From: Balanoglossus misakiensis
Taxonomy: Eukaryota; Animalia; Hemichordata
Direction: 5' to 3'
Assembly: GCA_040954595.2 (NCBI GenBank)
Contig: CM082584.2
Location: 13,447,337-13,511,336 of the forward strand
DNA: 64,000 nt
The notes beneath the pieces were generated by a model. It saw nothing but the letters and a program-made list of their open reading frames with translations, did not search any database and had not been told where the DNA came from. The translations under genes and the position numbers were made by a program. Below, one piece after another: positions 11,501-25,187 of the stretch (position 1 is its first letter; each line of letters opens with the position of its first letter).

Positions 11501-14500
11501 AGTATTGTGTGTGTGTTTCAGTTCACCTATGTACAAAGATGCATTTTTTATGTGGTCAAAGACATTGTAGTGCCTGCACATTATATTCTAGAGTTCATCT
11601 GATGGATGGACTGTATGTGGGTACATGCATGGTGCCAGTCTAAATTAAGTGTTAAATAAATAAGCTGAATCACTGACTGTGAGATGATATATGGCACACT
11701 TAATTTCATGAGATGTTTCAAATTGTATGATTATGAAAATCGTTTACTTCATGACCCAGATATTCCAGATGTGAAAATAGCCCTTTTTTTCATCATTTTC
11801 TTTTTAATGTTCAGTGTTAGAGAAATTCATTTGTCCTCTTTATCTACTGACTCAGATCATATAAGCAACATCTCCTGGTAAAACAGCCATGAGCTAGCTC
11901 TAAGCCTCTTTGTCAGGTAAATATGTTTAATTCCACAATGCTTCAGTAAGAAAGATCATTCCAAGACACACATTCGCAATGTGAAGCACCTCAAATGGCC
12001 TCCCTATCCTTATAGGTTACAACATTCATGCACCTGTTGTACTCTTGTTTGACAAAAAGGAACTGACCAATCAAAAACAACCTTACGAGACCCCTGCCCA
12101 CGCAAACGCTGTCATCGACAGGAAACAGATAGTGCACAATAATCTACTAGAACTTGAACTAGTGGAACGCTCTGATGGGTACCGTTTAGTTGATACAAGT
12201 GTACTCAACAGTTCATTAATATTCACACGTGTAAATTTAGATTTGATTTTGTGACATGTGTGGGCATAAATGCATCTGTAGGTGTGTCAAGCAATTTGAT
12301 AATGAGGTGTGGCAGATTTTTGTGTATTTATGGAAGCAAATATGATATGTCAGGTTTGAAGCTTAAATTGAATTTGTATGATGTCTATTGTGGACATTTT
12401 TGGCATAATGGAGAAAAGTTTAATAACTTATAAGAAAATGCTGCCTACCGGGTACATCATAAAACTTAACTTTTATGCCCCTTGGAGGAAATGTTCCAAA
12501 AATCATTCTACATACGTTTCAAAGGTGAAAAGAGAACCAAGAGGGTCATACAGATGTTTGCCAACTGTCAGCCATATGGCAACATGTAAATATTTTGTTG
12601 TTTCAATTCTGAAATTTACACAATTGCAACCGTACCATTCTCTTGCATGAAATTGATTCAATTGACTCAGTAACCTGAGTAAATTTCAAACACATATCTC
12701 CATGCCTTCAAACAACTATTTCTGCTTAGCCCGGGGTGACTAATGATATTCCTGATATTAAATAAAACTGACCAGGGATAAATCCCACTACTGTTTATTG
12801 CCGGTATAAGTTACTACATTAAGGACAAGTAACTAGGCTAGGTAACAAATTAGCATAGCCTTAGTTCAGTGCTGTACATCAGTGCCCATATCACAAACCT
12901 AATGTTCATTCTTGTCAACTAGGGTCAATGTCTGAGCCCTGAAAGCAATTATCTATCATGTGACCAAGCATTAAGTCACTTGATATCAAGAACATAGAAA
13001 CTGTCTAGTTGATTAATGAAAACTGACAAAGATGCAAAGGAAATTATCCATTCATATTTCTGTCTGGCTGCAGATACAATCAGTCAAAATTTATAATATT
13101 CTCCTGTCTGGGACATATGTGGTATGAAATAAAACATGTGTATTTTGATACTTCAGTCTAAAATATAAAAGATGCATTTTGGAATTAAATGCAAAGAAAA
13201 TTGATAAATAGAACTGCTTACATTTATCTGAATTTGTTCTTGAGTTATTGGGAATAACTCATATACCGTAAATGTATGCGTATCCAGTTTAATGATTTGT
13301 TTTGTGTACAGGGAATTGATTGTTTCCGTGGTAGCAATTATCATGTTATTGATACTTGTGGATTTCATTTAAACTTACATCAATTAATATTGCTTAACAG
13401 TACGTGATTGATGATGGTTTTCAAGATATGCTTACTGTGTTTTGCTATAGTTACAGGGGAACATTGGTAAATGACTGGGGAACCCTGGTCTTTTGGTGCA
13501 TACTCCTGGTAGCTGTCATTCTACCACTGCCCATACATTGCATCTATAAAGCCCAACACCAAAACCCCTGGCAAGAAACTATAGTCAGAAAACTACATGT
13601 TCACATCATTTCATGATCCATGCTTAGAAGTGACAAAGTGGCCATCTTCTGATATATTGCTTTTGACCGCTTTATCTTTCATTTCATCACATGGGTCTGT
13701 TAACAGTTACCATGAAAACAACAACAAATCAACAATTAATGCACAAAATAATTTCAAAAGATGCCAACTTTGTCTCTCTCACATGTTCTTCTCATGGTGG
13801 TGGTATGACCATCTCTTCAACTTTCTTTCTCTCTCTCTCTTTCTTTCTCCTCTTCCCCTTCTTGCAGAGTGCCAGTGTAATGCTCACTCCAATGTGTGTA
13901 GATACGATGCCAATTTGGATGAAGTCATCTGTATCTCTTGTCTTCATAATACTCACGGTCGTCATTGTGAACACTGTCTTCCTGGATTCAAACTTGATCC
14001 TTCCAAAGCACCAGATGACCCCGACATTTGCCCACCAGGTAAATATCGTGTACAAGTTTTTGGTAGATTCAACTTAAATATAAAATAGCAGGGATTTATA
14101 ACAAAAAAGATTAGTGTTTTTGGACAAAAATTGACTTCAAAGTACCAGTAAATACTGTGTAGCCCCTTCGACTATCAAGATTTGGTCCAAATATGACTGA
14201 ATCTTTTTCACGGCAAGTTTTGGTGTGTATAAAACAGCAACTAGCAATTTACAATATCCAACGTTCTTAAATTAATGTGTGAAGTTTGTCTCTTGAATAG
14301 TTCGAACATTACATTTCCTTTCATTGTTTGACATATTGCAGTTGGGAGACTGTGGGTGTGAGTGATGTTTTCAATGAGTAATATTTCTTGTGGGTGTGAA
14401 CTGTGTCTGAGATATTAATGCTTTTATGTGGATTTTAGTAATATACTGCCCACATATGTTGGTGATGTGTCCATTAAATAAAAATTAATGAATGCCACAA

Positions 14501-14701
14501 ACGTAATCACCAAATCAACATGCTAGAACTTGTTGCCACTATTTCTGGAATTTCATTTTACTCACAAATAGTGCAGGTACAGTGGCATGTGTGCTATTTG
14601 GAAATCATGTGTAATGAATTCAGAAAAAACTTCCAGAATTTTTAATATGTATGGGCCAATTGTCTCATGTCAAAGGTTATGATCACCTGTTATATCATCA
14701 T

Positions 14702-14759
<58 letters not shown>

Positions 14760-17700
14760 TAGATGAGATGAAGAGAGCAGTTGAGATGGAGTGGAGAAGT
14801 AAAGATTTAGTGGGCGAGTGAGAGAGAAAGAGAGAGAAGGCTTGATAGAGTGGGAGAGAGAGGAAATGTCTGTCCTACATATGCAGGACTACGTGCAGTG
14901 TGGGTTGCAAGGTTATTCAATTTAAGATATACCGTATACTGTAGATCTCCCTCAATGAAATAGAGCATTACTAGAATGAGCACCAAGTTTGAAATGTAAT
15001 TAATTTAAAGACCATTATAACTGTTTACTGTTGTATGAAAAACTATGTGTGCTTTAATAATAATATGGAAATGATAATTGATCAATCAGTGGAGAAAGTC
15101 TATTGGGAAATATCAGAACATAGTTATTGTATGGGTAGTCAGCTGTCATGTGATATGATATGACATACAACCTGAGTAGAGGCCCATAGTAGCCTTGTGT
15201 AACAGCTGAGATCAGTTCATGAATAAATTAAAGGGGAGTATCAATCTTTATGCAGCATAAAGTTATAAATATCTTTCAATTAATTGTTATTTCATGAGGG
15301 GTTTCAAATGAAAAAATGTATGTTTAATTGGGCTAGTGGTATTTTGCAAATGTTTGTACATATTTTATTGTAACTGATGTCCATGAGAAAAGGATTATAT
15401 TAAAATTCCACATCAGCTGCATGAGTAGTGAGATTAAAGGTCAGCCAAGGTTAAATGTTGTAGTTCAAAATGTTGATTTCTGGGAAAAGCAGCTGGATTG
15501 CATTGTCTCTTGAAAGAATTTGATGCAGACCAAAAAATGTTCTACATACAACGTATTAAGTAAACTATAATTCTTTTCTTAGTAAAGGAGTATGTGTATT
15601 TAATGGCTTTTTTGGCAAAACCAAGCAGGTCAGAAATGCATCAAGCATGATATGGTTATCTAATATGAATAAACATTAAGAATGCATTATGAAATTATAT
15701 CACATGAGAGAGCTCATCAACTAGATATGATGACCTAATATTTCTCATGGATCATGATGGCTACACTATGAATATTAATCAAGTCTTGGTGGCGAGCGAA
15801 GTCTGGAATTCACTCAAGTAAAACAATGATCATTGAAGCTGAAAAATTAAAAGTGATGTGCAGTAATGGTTCTTCTTTGGTGATTATTTGCCTGTTTGAA
15901 TTTTCTGTGAGAATTGCCTTCACTCGTTAAAGTGTTATTAGGTCATCAACTGAGTGTTAGCTCCAGGTTGATTGAATGATGAAGCTGAGACCAGACTGTC
16001 ATAAGCCTTGAAGTAATATAGGCTGAGTCTAGCTCATAGTGTATTGATGAGTATACAGTAGCGTTATAGTAATTTTTTCAGAATTATAAATTGGTTTTGT
16101 CACAAACATAGAATTGAAGTTAAAATGGGTTTTAATATAGGATTTGTAGCGACTTGAGGGATGACCATGTACAGTTGTTTAAATACGTTCCTTGTAAAAA
16201 TGCTTGTATCCCCGTATCATATACCAGTACATACATACATATTCAATACACTATACATCTTGGATTTCACAGTATCTGAATACCCGTATGAATACAGATT
16301 TCCTGCAAGTGGAGTACGTATCCCAGGTGGTGGTAGTATTAAAATTCAAATGCCAGGTATCCATTGTCTCTGTCATCTTGGTGTCTTTCTGATCGATGTA
16401 CATTTTATTTCATGTAAATATGTTGTAATTGTATCATAGATGTTCACTGTACAGTCGATGTGTTTGTGGCATAGTAGGTCTCGTTGCTTGTAACTTATCT
16501 TTGTGAGAATGACTAGGAATTTAAGTGTAGAACTTCCTAAAGATCAGAATAATTATTGCAGATGTTATTTTTCAGAATTTTATTTTTAATTCACATTTAT
16601 CACTGGCACATTTTTGATGATATGGATGTACATGTACATGACGTATTCTGTGAATGCATGCATGTATGCATTAAAGCACATCAAAGCAATTATATTGAAT
16701 GTTGCGTACCATCAGTGTTTTTGCTAAAGGTTCACCAAAGCATGGTGGGTAAATGTCTTGTGACTGATCTTTCAGCCGAGGGGGTAACAACATCTTAGGT
16801 CTGCAGGACTCATAGAGCCTTATCAAAAACACTGATGGACTTTTAATATATTAAGATTGAATCATCTTTGAGCACCGGATTAGAATAATGTTGCAGGAAC
16901 ATCTGCCCAACTTATTGCTTGAAACAACGAATTATGTTTTGTTAGATTTGCATGATTTGTCTTTTTTTTTGGGGGGGGGGGGGTTATTGTTCTCCTCAGA
17001 GATGATTTAAGAGCAATCTGTTAATCGATAGGTAAAACACTGCCCCATCCACTTTTCCAAAATTGATCAATCTACTGCTTACTTTCCACAGTTCTTTGTG
17101 AATATTTTGTGTAGTCTCACTGCCCTTAATGGATATTTGCTTCCTCTAAAGTTGGCCAACTTCTTCTGGGGAGAACAAGTTTTCCACTTTAATAATTGCA
17201 CTTAAGTAAATGTCTCTTTGCATATTGAGACTGGAATGACTGTATTGCATGCATTATATCTTTTTTTGTTGCATTCTGTTACAGATCAGTCTGTTTCCCC
17301 AACAATGAACAACTCCGATTTACTCGCACCAACCCTGTCACCAAGTATGCCGTTCAGCATGCCATCCTCACTTGCCGTGTCAGCGTCCAGTGCAAGTGGA
17401 CAGCTGCAACCAACTCCTGCACCTTCACTCTCTGTCTCCCTAGCAACGCAATCCCTTGATGTCTTGCCTGCATCACCAACACAACCCCTCCCTTCTGCAC
17501 CAGTTCTGACAAACTCTCCCAATGTAGTCCCATCCACTCAAGTGCCAGCTGTCACCCCTGCATCCACATTTAATCTGGTCCAAACTGCCAGCCCCACTCC
17601 AGATTCAAATTCAACCGCTCCTCCGACAGAATCACCGGATCCCTGTGACCCGAACCCTTGTCTGAATGGAGCAACCTGTATACGTAGTGGCTCTCAGTAT

Positions 17701-20700
17701 ACCTGCAATTGTTTACCAGGTTATGAGGGTAAGTTGAATCAATTTTGGTGAGAAAAAAAGTCCAACTGAATGCCGTACTGTATTGTAACAATTACATGAA
17801 GTGGTATCGTTGGTCGGAAGTAACACTGGAAAACCACAGGAAGAATTGGAAATCCTGGATTTTTGTGTAACTGGTGCAACCCGCAGACTTTTCTTTCAGA
17901 CATTCATGAACTTCTTTCTTCTTTGCAGGTTCACTTACAAATTGTTCTCTTAACATTGATGAGTGTGCATCTCAGCCCTGTGTAGAAGGTCTCATCTGTG
18001 TTGATGGCGTGGATGAGTATACATGTTTGACCCCAGGGCGAATCAATCCTTGTGATCCAAACCCATGCAAACAAGGAGGAGTGTGTGAAGTTGTTCCCAG
18101 TGCAGATTTTCTCTTCAGATGCAATTGTCCGCCAGGCTTTGAAGGTTAGATTAACATTTTACTTTAATGTGCGCTGTGAAAAAAAATTACATTACCAGTA
18201 CAGTATTATCAAGAAGATGTTCATTACAGTATAGGAATATACATGTGACTGGTTGGAATGTACAAATCTCAACACTCGGTTTTCATTTGAATTTTTTTTC
18301 CATATGTTCCACCTTTAGGACCGGATACAAGATGCAGATACGAAATTGATGAGTGTGCTACAGAACCTTGTCGAGCAGGATTGGTCTGCAAAGATGGCAT
18401 TAACTCGTACACCTGTGAGCCAGTAAGAGCACCTGATGAGGAGGATAATGATCTGGAAACTGTAGATGACACTGAATCTGGCCCTGTAAGTCATTATTCA
18501 CATGATTATCCTGTTTTCCAATGAAATCATCAATATCTGTTCATTTTCATCATAATCATAATCTTGTGATTTTTCAGAAACCTCTCTCACAGATGATGAT
18601 CATTGTCATCGCTGTGTGTTCTGCGGCCGTCGTGTTCTGTATCATCTGGACGGTATTCTTTGCCTGGTACACCATGCTGGATCGCTCGGGCAACCATGTC
18701 ATCAAACCGCCCAGGCTCAGTAACCCTCTGTCTCCCATGGCCAAGATTGTGGAGGAACAGAAGAAGAAGTTGAAAGAACAGAACCAGAATAATGCAATGC
18801 TTATAGAGAATGCTTCACTACAGGATCAGATGGGGGTAAGTTTTTTTGTCAGGCCAAGGTAGGGTAAATTTAGTAGTTGGTCACAGAGGCATGTAGAATA
18901 TATGTGAGTGTTGTACCGGTACATTTTTGTCGTGACCCGTTATCTATTTATAGCTTTGTTTGTAAAAGTACCTCTACATTCAGGCGTAGCGTGTCAAAAA
19001 TTGCAGGCGATTGAGTGATCGAGGCAGTCTGTGTCAGGTTCTAAGTGGTACCAGTTTGATGGTAGTTATTGATGGTAGTTATTGATTCGATGAGAATTTT
19101 ACAGTCACTGTACAGTTGTCTAGTTTGACTAGACATTATGGCTTCAGTTGTAGAGGTGAGATGCAATTGGGATTCATTTGGACTCATAAATAGGAATTCT
19201 GCGTGCATTTGTGTCTCGCCGTGTTTGTGTGTCTGCAGGCAAGTGTGTGCGTGTGTAAGAGTGATGTACTTTCTACCATTACCTGCATTTGTTACAGGTT
19301 AAAGTCTTCTCTGAAAACGTTTTATTTCTTCTCTCTACTTTCAGAAAAAATCCCAACGGGTGCCATTAATCCCTGACAGAAGCTCCTCAGTGAAAATGCA
19401 CGCCTTGAAGGCAAAATGGAATATTGAAGAGAAAAACCTGAAGTTGTCGCGACTTCTAGAAAATGGTGAATTCTGCTACATAAAGGAAGGGCAGTACGTC
19501 AGGAAAGACGAGTCCGAAGTCAAAGTGGCATGTAAAGTTCTAAAAGGTAATTTTGAAATTTGTCTGTGTGGACTCTGACAGATGTAGTCATCCAAGCCAT
19601 CAAAATTAAAATCTGCTATTCATGTTGACATTTTTTGATTGGGAGAAGCTTAGGTCTCACCTAGAAAGTTCACAATTTAAAGATTGATTTATGGAATGTT
19701 TCTTTCAGATCCCCGAAATGAGCAGGCAAACCGAGAATTACTGAACGAGTTTGAAATATTAGCACACTTGTTGCCTGATCCACGAGTTGTTGTCTTACAT
19801 GGACTTTGCAATCTTGCTCAAGAGAGAAACCAATTTTCAAGTAAGTTGGTTTTGTTTACTGTTGCAGCCTCTTAAAAATTCAGAGTATGCTAGAACCAGT
19901 TTCTAGAAGGTTCCATCAGTGCTGTTGAGGTTTGTTTACACACATTTGGGTTGCATGACAAATGACAGTCTGTCATGAATTCAAATTAAAAACAATCAAA
20001 ATCCTTCTCTGTGTTTTTCAGCTCAGTATTGTTTAGTGACAGAGTACGTCTCTAATGGAAGTTTATTGAGGTACATGAGAAGATGTCGGAGCAGGAAGAG
20101 AGATGAACCCCCACGGTATAATATTCCCCCAGCGGAACTTATGAATATTATTTGTGATGTTGCACTGGGGATGAAATTTTTGGTCACACAAAAGGTATGT
20201 GTTTTGGAAGTATCTTTGCAGACACTATGCAATTGCTAAGTTCAGGTTTAGTTTTATCAAAAACACTCTTTTTTAATCTCTTTGATATGATGATCTTTGA
20301 GGCTGGAGTATTGTTGTATTGTCATAGCGTTTTTGTACAATATGTATCAAGCTCATTTATCACACGACCATATTGTGAGTTGAAGTCCAACAGATGTTTT
20401 CCCAGATCGTCAAAATAGCCTGCTGACAGAACCATGCTTTGAAATGTTTTCATCGGACAAACAACATATTGAATTAGTAACAGGCTCTATACCAGTAGAA
20501 ATATTGGACTCTTTGTCCTGGAGTGTAAATGGTTTCTGGCTGAAATATTTTTTAATAATAAATTGGTAGCGCTATGTAAATGTTTGCGTTACTTTCATAC
20601 CAGTATGTGTAAATATTGACTAGATTTCTGTCATATATGTGGATACACAATTTTGACTCAATATTTGTGTAAAAATTGTAACATTCATGGCAACTATTTT

Positions 20701-22056
20701 TGTTTATTTTTCTCAAATGATACAAGTTTATTGTTCATCCAATGCTTATAGAAAGCTAAATGCTCACTTTATTTGATTTTTAACAAATTTTACCACCTAT
20801 CAGTTTGACTGCAGAGGACTGCTCAAAGTAACTGAATGTATATTTGATTACTTTACAGATTGTACATAGGAAACTAGCCGCTTCCAATGTTTTAATAACT
20901 TTCAATAACAGGGCAAAGATCTCTGACTTTGGCCTTGCAGCTGACATGTTTGAATTTGGAGATTTTGTTCGAACCAATGAACCAGTAAGGGTAAGTCACA
21001 AATTGTCTTTCATAGAATCCTGGAACTTTGTAGATTTTCTTTCTGAGATACTATTTCACATGAAAGTTGATTCAACCTAGGCCAAATCTGATGATCCCTT
21101 TGTACCAATACTCTGCTGCAGACATGGCCACTGTCTGTGCTGTACCCTGACTGACTATTAATCTTGATATTAGACAACAAGGTTCTTTAGGGGCTTACCT
21201 GACAGTAACTGCAACTTGTACCTCATTTGTAGCCTTCACTGAGAAGATGGCTGGCCTATGAGAGTTTACTGGATGGTGTCTTTAGTCACAAAAGTGATGT
21301 GTAAGTAACTCTCTTTCACATGATCACAGTCTTACAACAGAGTTTTTTTTAAATCACTTCTTTTATGAACTGCTGGATAAAAATATTATCTTCTGAGTGT
21401 GTACATTATCATGAGGGCGGTGCAGATAACAGTTGTTTTTTTTTCAATCTCTTTTGCCTCAGGTGGTCGTATGGTATATTACTTTGGGAAATCGCAACGC
21501 TTGGTAAGTGTATATTCTGTTTGATCTCCGTCCATGTTACAGGTACTGCATGTCATTCACATTGTTGTTTACCCTTCTTTCCATTTTAGAGTAAGGTGTA
21601 CAACAGAAACACATTCAGTCTATTCCATGTTTTTCCCTCTCAGGTTCCATTCCTTATCCCGGAATCAGTATGAAAAGATTGCCGGAAAAGCTAAAAGATC
21701 ATTACCGGATGGAGAAGCCCAAGCATGTTTCCCAGGAATATTACGATGCCATGCTGCGATGTTGGCACCGTAAACCGGAAAGCCGACCCACTTTTGATCT
21801 TCTTTGTAAAGAAATGAAAAAACTTCAAAAAATGGGAAAGGTAGGGCTTGCTGTTGTTTTTTTCCCACAAAGACCAGTGGCTTTCTGACTCAGTCATATT
21901 CTATTGATCATGTAGCTGGGAAACTGCATGGAAATGACCATTATTTTTCTTTTTTCTTCGCAGACCCATATCTCTTTAAAAGATTACACTTTTGTACACT
22001 ATTACAGCCTCAGGCCGACGCCCGACAGTGAAGATGAAGATGACTCATTTGTTTAA
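4894..22056 (+). CDS. Netrin-G-like (LN-LE-LE)/mucin/EGF transmembrane receptor tyrosine pseudokinase, 16 exons
   Basis: Exons 4894-5151 (signal peptide, LN start), 7466-8100 (LN), 8243-8421 (LE1), 13868-14038 (LE2), 17285-17728 (S/T/P stalk + EGF), 17929-18144, 18319-18485 (EGFs), 18578-18835 (TM), 19345-19546, 19709-19840, 20022-20194, 20859-20990, 21233-21300, 21463-21503, 21644-21840, 21964-22056 (kinase and tail). All GT-AG and phase-compatible. Netrin-G motifs: TFWQSVTW, MILEKSLDHGVTW..QYYATDC, RCKCNLH, WQPGSYLPYPDGTVNEC. Kinase motifs: VACK, HRKLAASN, KISDFGLA, RWLAYESL, SDVWSYGILLWEIATLG. Confidence 0.8.
5830..5906. repeat. Perfect inverted repeat, 38-bp arms with 1-nt spacer
   Basis: ttgtttatattcacatgataataattaaatattaaaga-c-tctttaatatttaattattatcatgtgaatataaacaa; the arms are exact reverse complements. 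Confidence 0.95.
8431..8501. repeat. (CAT)n microsatellite, imperfect at the 5' end
   Basis: Direct reading; lies just after the LE1 exon donor. Confidence 0.9.
10681..10753 (+). CDS. Candidate alternative first (signal-peptide) exon within intron 3 of the Netrin-G-like receptor
   Basis: ATG-initiated MTLYMIGVLLLLVVPPNNSQNLTN followed by G|GTATGT phase-1 donor, matching the phase-1 acceptors at 13868 and 17285. CpG dinucleotides are noticeably more frequent just upstream. Confidence 0.55.
14702..14755. repeat. (GA)n microsatellite
   Basis: Direct reading, followed by degenerate purine-rich sequence to about 14862. Confidence 0.9.
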
Positions 22057-25000
22057 TGCCAACAGTCCTTCCGAAATGAACCAACTCTTTTGAACAGAGA
22101 AATGAAAACTCCATTTTCGACAGCTGTGTGCATCATGTCAGCAGTATTCTCTGTTTCATTTTGTACACATCCATTTCACATTGAAATGGATACATACAAA
22201 CCAGAAATGGACAGACGAACAGTTACGTCACACTCCACAGACACATCAATGATTGATATTTAAACGTACATTTCCACAGATTTTGTGAAATCGAAGAGAA
22301 GATGACTCTTTCTTTTTAGAAATGCAGAGTAGCTTTGATAGCAAACCAAGCTTTTACATTTTCGAGGTTACACAGGTAAAGTTTTATGCAAATAGAGGGA
22401 TTATTGCAAACTGGAAAGTTTTACGTACAAAGATGGGAAAATTACTTGCAGCAGGAATGCAGGTCTTGAACTGTCAGTGTGAAGGTTGCAGGATTTGTAC
22501 ACCTGTTGTGCACCTGTTTGAACAGTTAGTTTACAAGTGGATCCACCAATCAGAAGCAGCCTTATATGAGACCAGTTTATATCAGATTCTGGGAATCTCT
22601 GTCTTTCTCAGAAATCAACATTCTAACACTCCTCACAATTAATGAGCAATATTAAACAGACTGCACATTTCATTTTATGAAATTAGGATTTTTCATGATT
22701 TAAATTACATCCATTGTTAATTTCTCATGTATAAAGAAACTGATCAACTCTTATATAGGGTTAGGGTTTACGGGAAGTGTTTCAAGCATTTCTTGATTCA
22801 TCGATAATTTGGCAGGTTGCTTAGAACTTGGTGAACCAATTCATTATTCTACAAGAGAAATTCTTTTACTTCACTTTTTGCTTTGATTATTTTCTTCAAA
22901 AATTTACCAGTATCATTGGTTTGATTGTATTGTGATTATTTCTTTTCTCATTCTATTAATTATTTACTTTGTTCATTTTTTCACTTCACATCCATTTTTT
23001 TTACCTGCAAGCTGGACAACAGGGTCCCTTTAATTCATTGTAATATAGGACATGTATGAAATCAATCAATATGATAATTATAATATGGGACTTTTTAATG
23101 CTCTTCTATTGATTTGTGAACCTTGTAGATAAACAACTCATATTTTTGTCCTAAAACTGATTTTTAAGATTTTTGTAACAAATTGTTCAATTATGTATTA
23201 GTTAACTTGTAAACTATTGCATGACAGTTCTTGAAAGCACATTGTGAGAGACCATTGCACAAATACAGTGATACTAAGAGAGATAGCTAAGACTGTGGAA
23301 GAAATTATCACAACTGATACTGGTGCGAGGACAGGAGAGAATTACCTTGCCATGTTTAGGTTCTGAATACCAAATGTTTTATCATGCATGTTCTTCCTAA
23401 TAATATCTCCATGGGATGGTGCTTCTGTGTTCATATGCATGATAAATGAACTATGAATTTTGATATCATTAAAATGCAATCAGCCTTGTCGGTCTTGCAT
23501 TTGTAATGATCAGTTATTCCGTCATCCTGAAATATTTTCTCTTCAATTTGTAGCATAGTGGAAAGTCAGTGGTTTTGCTTTGTTTAACAAATGAGTTCTG
23601 GGGATATATGAGAACAAACAAACTGGATATCCAGGCTATAGTTTGGACAATCTGATATACGTAGGATGTAAAGAATTATCGGTATTTTCACTAGAATCGA
23701 AGTAAAGACCACAGACAGATTCAAGCAAATAATACATTGGGTTTTAATCAGATTGTAGGTTTTACTAACTGTTGATATTCATTCATTGATATTCATTCAC
23801 TGCCAAGCTGCTTTGGAATTCTTAATGAACATAATGCAGAAATGAGAATAGCTCAATGATATTAGATTATATGCTGTGGGATATACCAGCATGTACAAGA
23901 GATGGGGGAATATTGGTGCAATTATGAATCTGTAATTATCTATATGAAAATCAAGACACATTTGTAGAATATTCATTGATAGTAGTATTATTCGTAGCAA
24001 TATTGTAAATTGGAGATTGGTTAGAAAAGGAATCTTGCTATTTCAGAGTTTTTTTTAAAAGTGGTAGTGAATAATATTACCACAATTTACAGTATGGGGG
24101 AAATGTCCATGCAAATGGGCCTAATTGTGTCCTTGTGATTTAAAATCAAAATTAAATTTTAACATTGTTCATATACTGTTTGTAATATGGTTATTTTTTC
24201 CCAACATTGTAGTTGATATACATGTAGTGTGAACAACCAAGAGTATAATTGGAGCAGAGAAGCAGACTATATACAACTGGAAGCTTCTTGTTGTTTTTCT
24301 GAATCTTTTTTCTTTTGCTTTTCTAGCAGTGACCAAAAACAAGTTTTATTTATTGCATGTACAAATGTACATACATGTAAATAGGTAAATGTCGCTTTCC
24401 CAGTAGCTCTTGTCAAAGACAAAAGAACATTGCTTTATACCGTTGGGGGCGACAATTAACAGCTGGGCGCTGCACACTACAAGCAAGCAGGTAATAAAGT
24501 TTCACAATTCTGTTGTTGAGAAGATGACTTCACCTGCATTCCACGTACACCTCCGTGTCAGACACCGTCTTACGGCAGGCTAAAAGGGACAGTCTGTATT
24601 CTTTGTGTGTTTTAAGATCCCGAAACTGTATTTCGAGCTCAGAAAGTGACCACGCCCACCAAGGCTAGAGTACTCGTTTTTGCCTGTGAGTGCCTCCATG
24701 AACGAATGTAACTGTAAGTTCGCATTCTGTAATGTTGCATGTGCAATTTGTTGATTTTACTAGTGAACTGAGATGTAAACAATGTTCTCGAAGTAACAAA
24801 CTTGAACTTTGAGATATAACTCGAGAAACGTGACGTTCCTATTATGCAATATGTATATCAACAGACTAGTATGCACTAGCTATCAGTGGTTCCTTAGCAA
24901 TATCCTTAGCAATATCTTCAGATCCGGTTTGCATGCCGTGTAGTGTTATCAACTACCAAAGTTATTAGCATTTGTGTCTAGATTCCCAGTACATTATTTC

Positions 25001-25187
25001 ATCTACTGCTGGTTAACTCGCTATATATCCTGTCAGTGTCAAATCTGGCATCCTCTGTACAGTTTGAGGGTACCTAAGGCTGTCTGCCATTTAATTGCTA
25101 CTGGTTAATATCATAGGTTTTTGTTTTTACACACAATGTACTAGGATATGACTTCACTAATTCCTTGTAATTTCTCTCTTCAGAATA

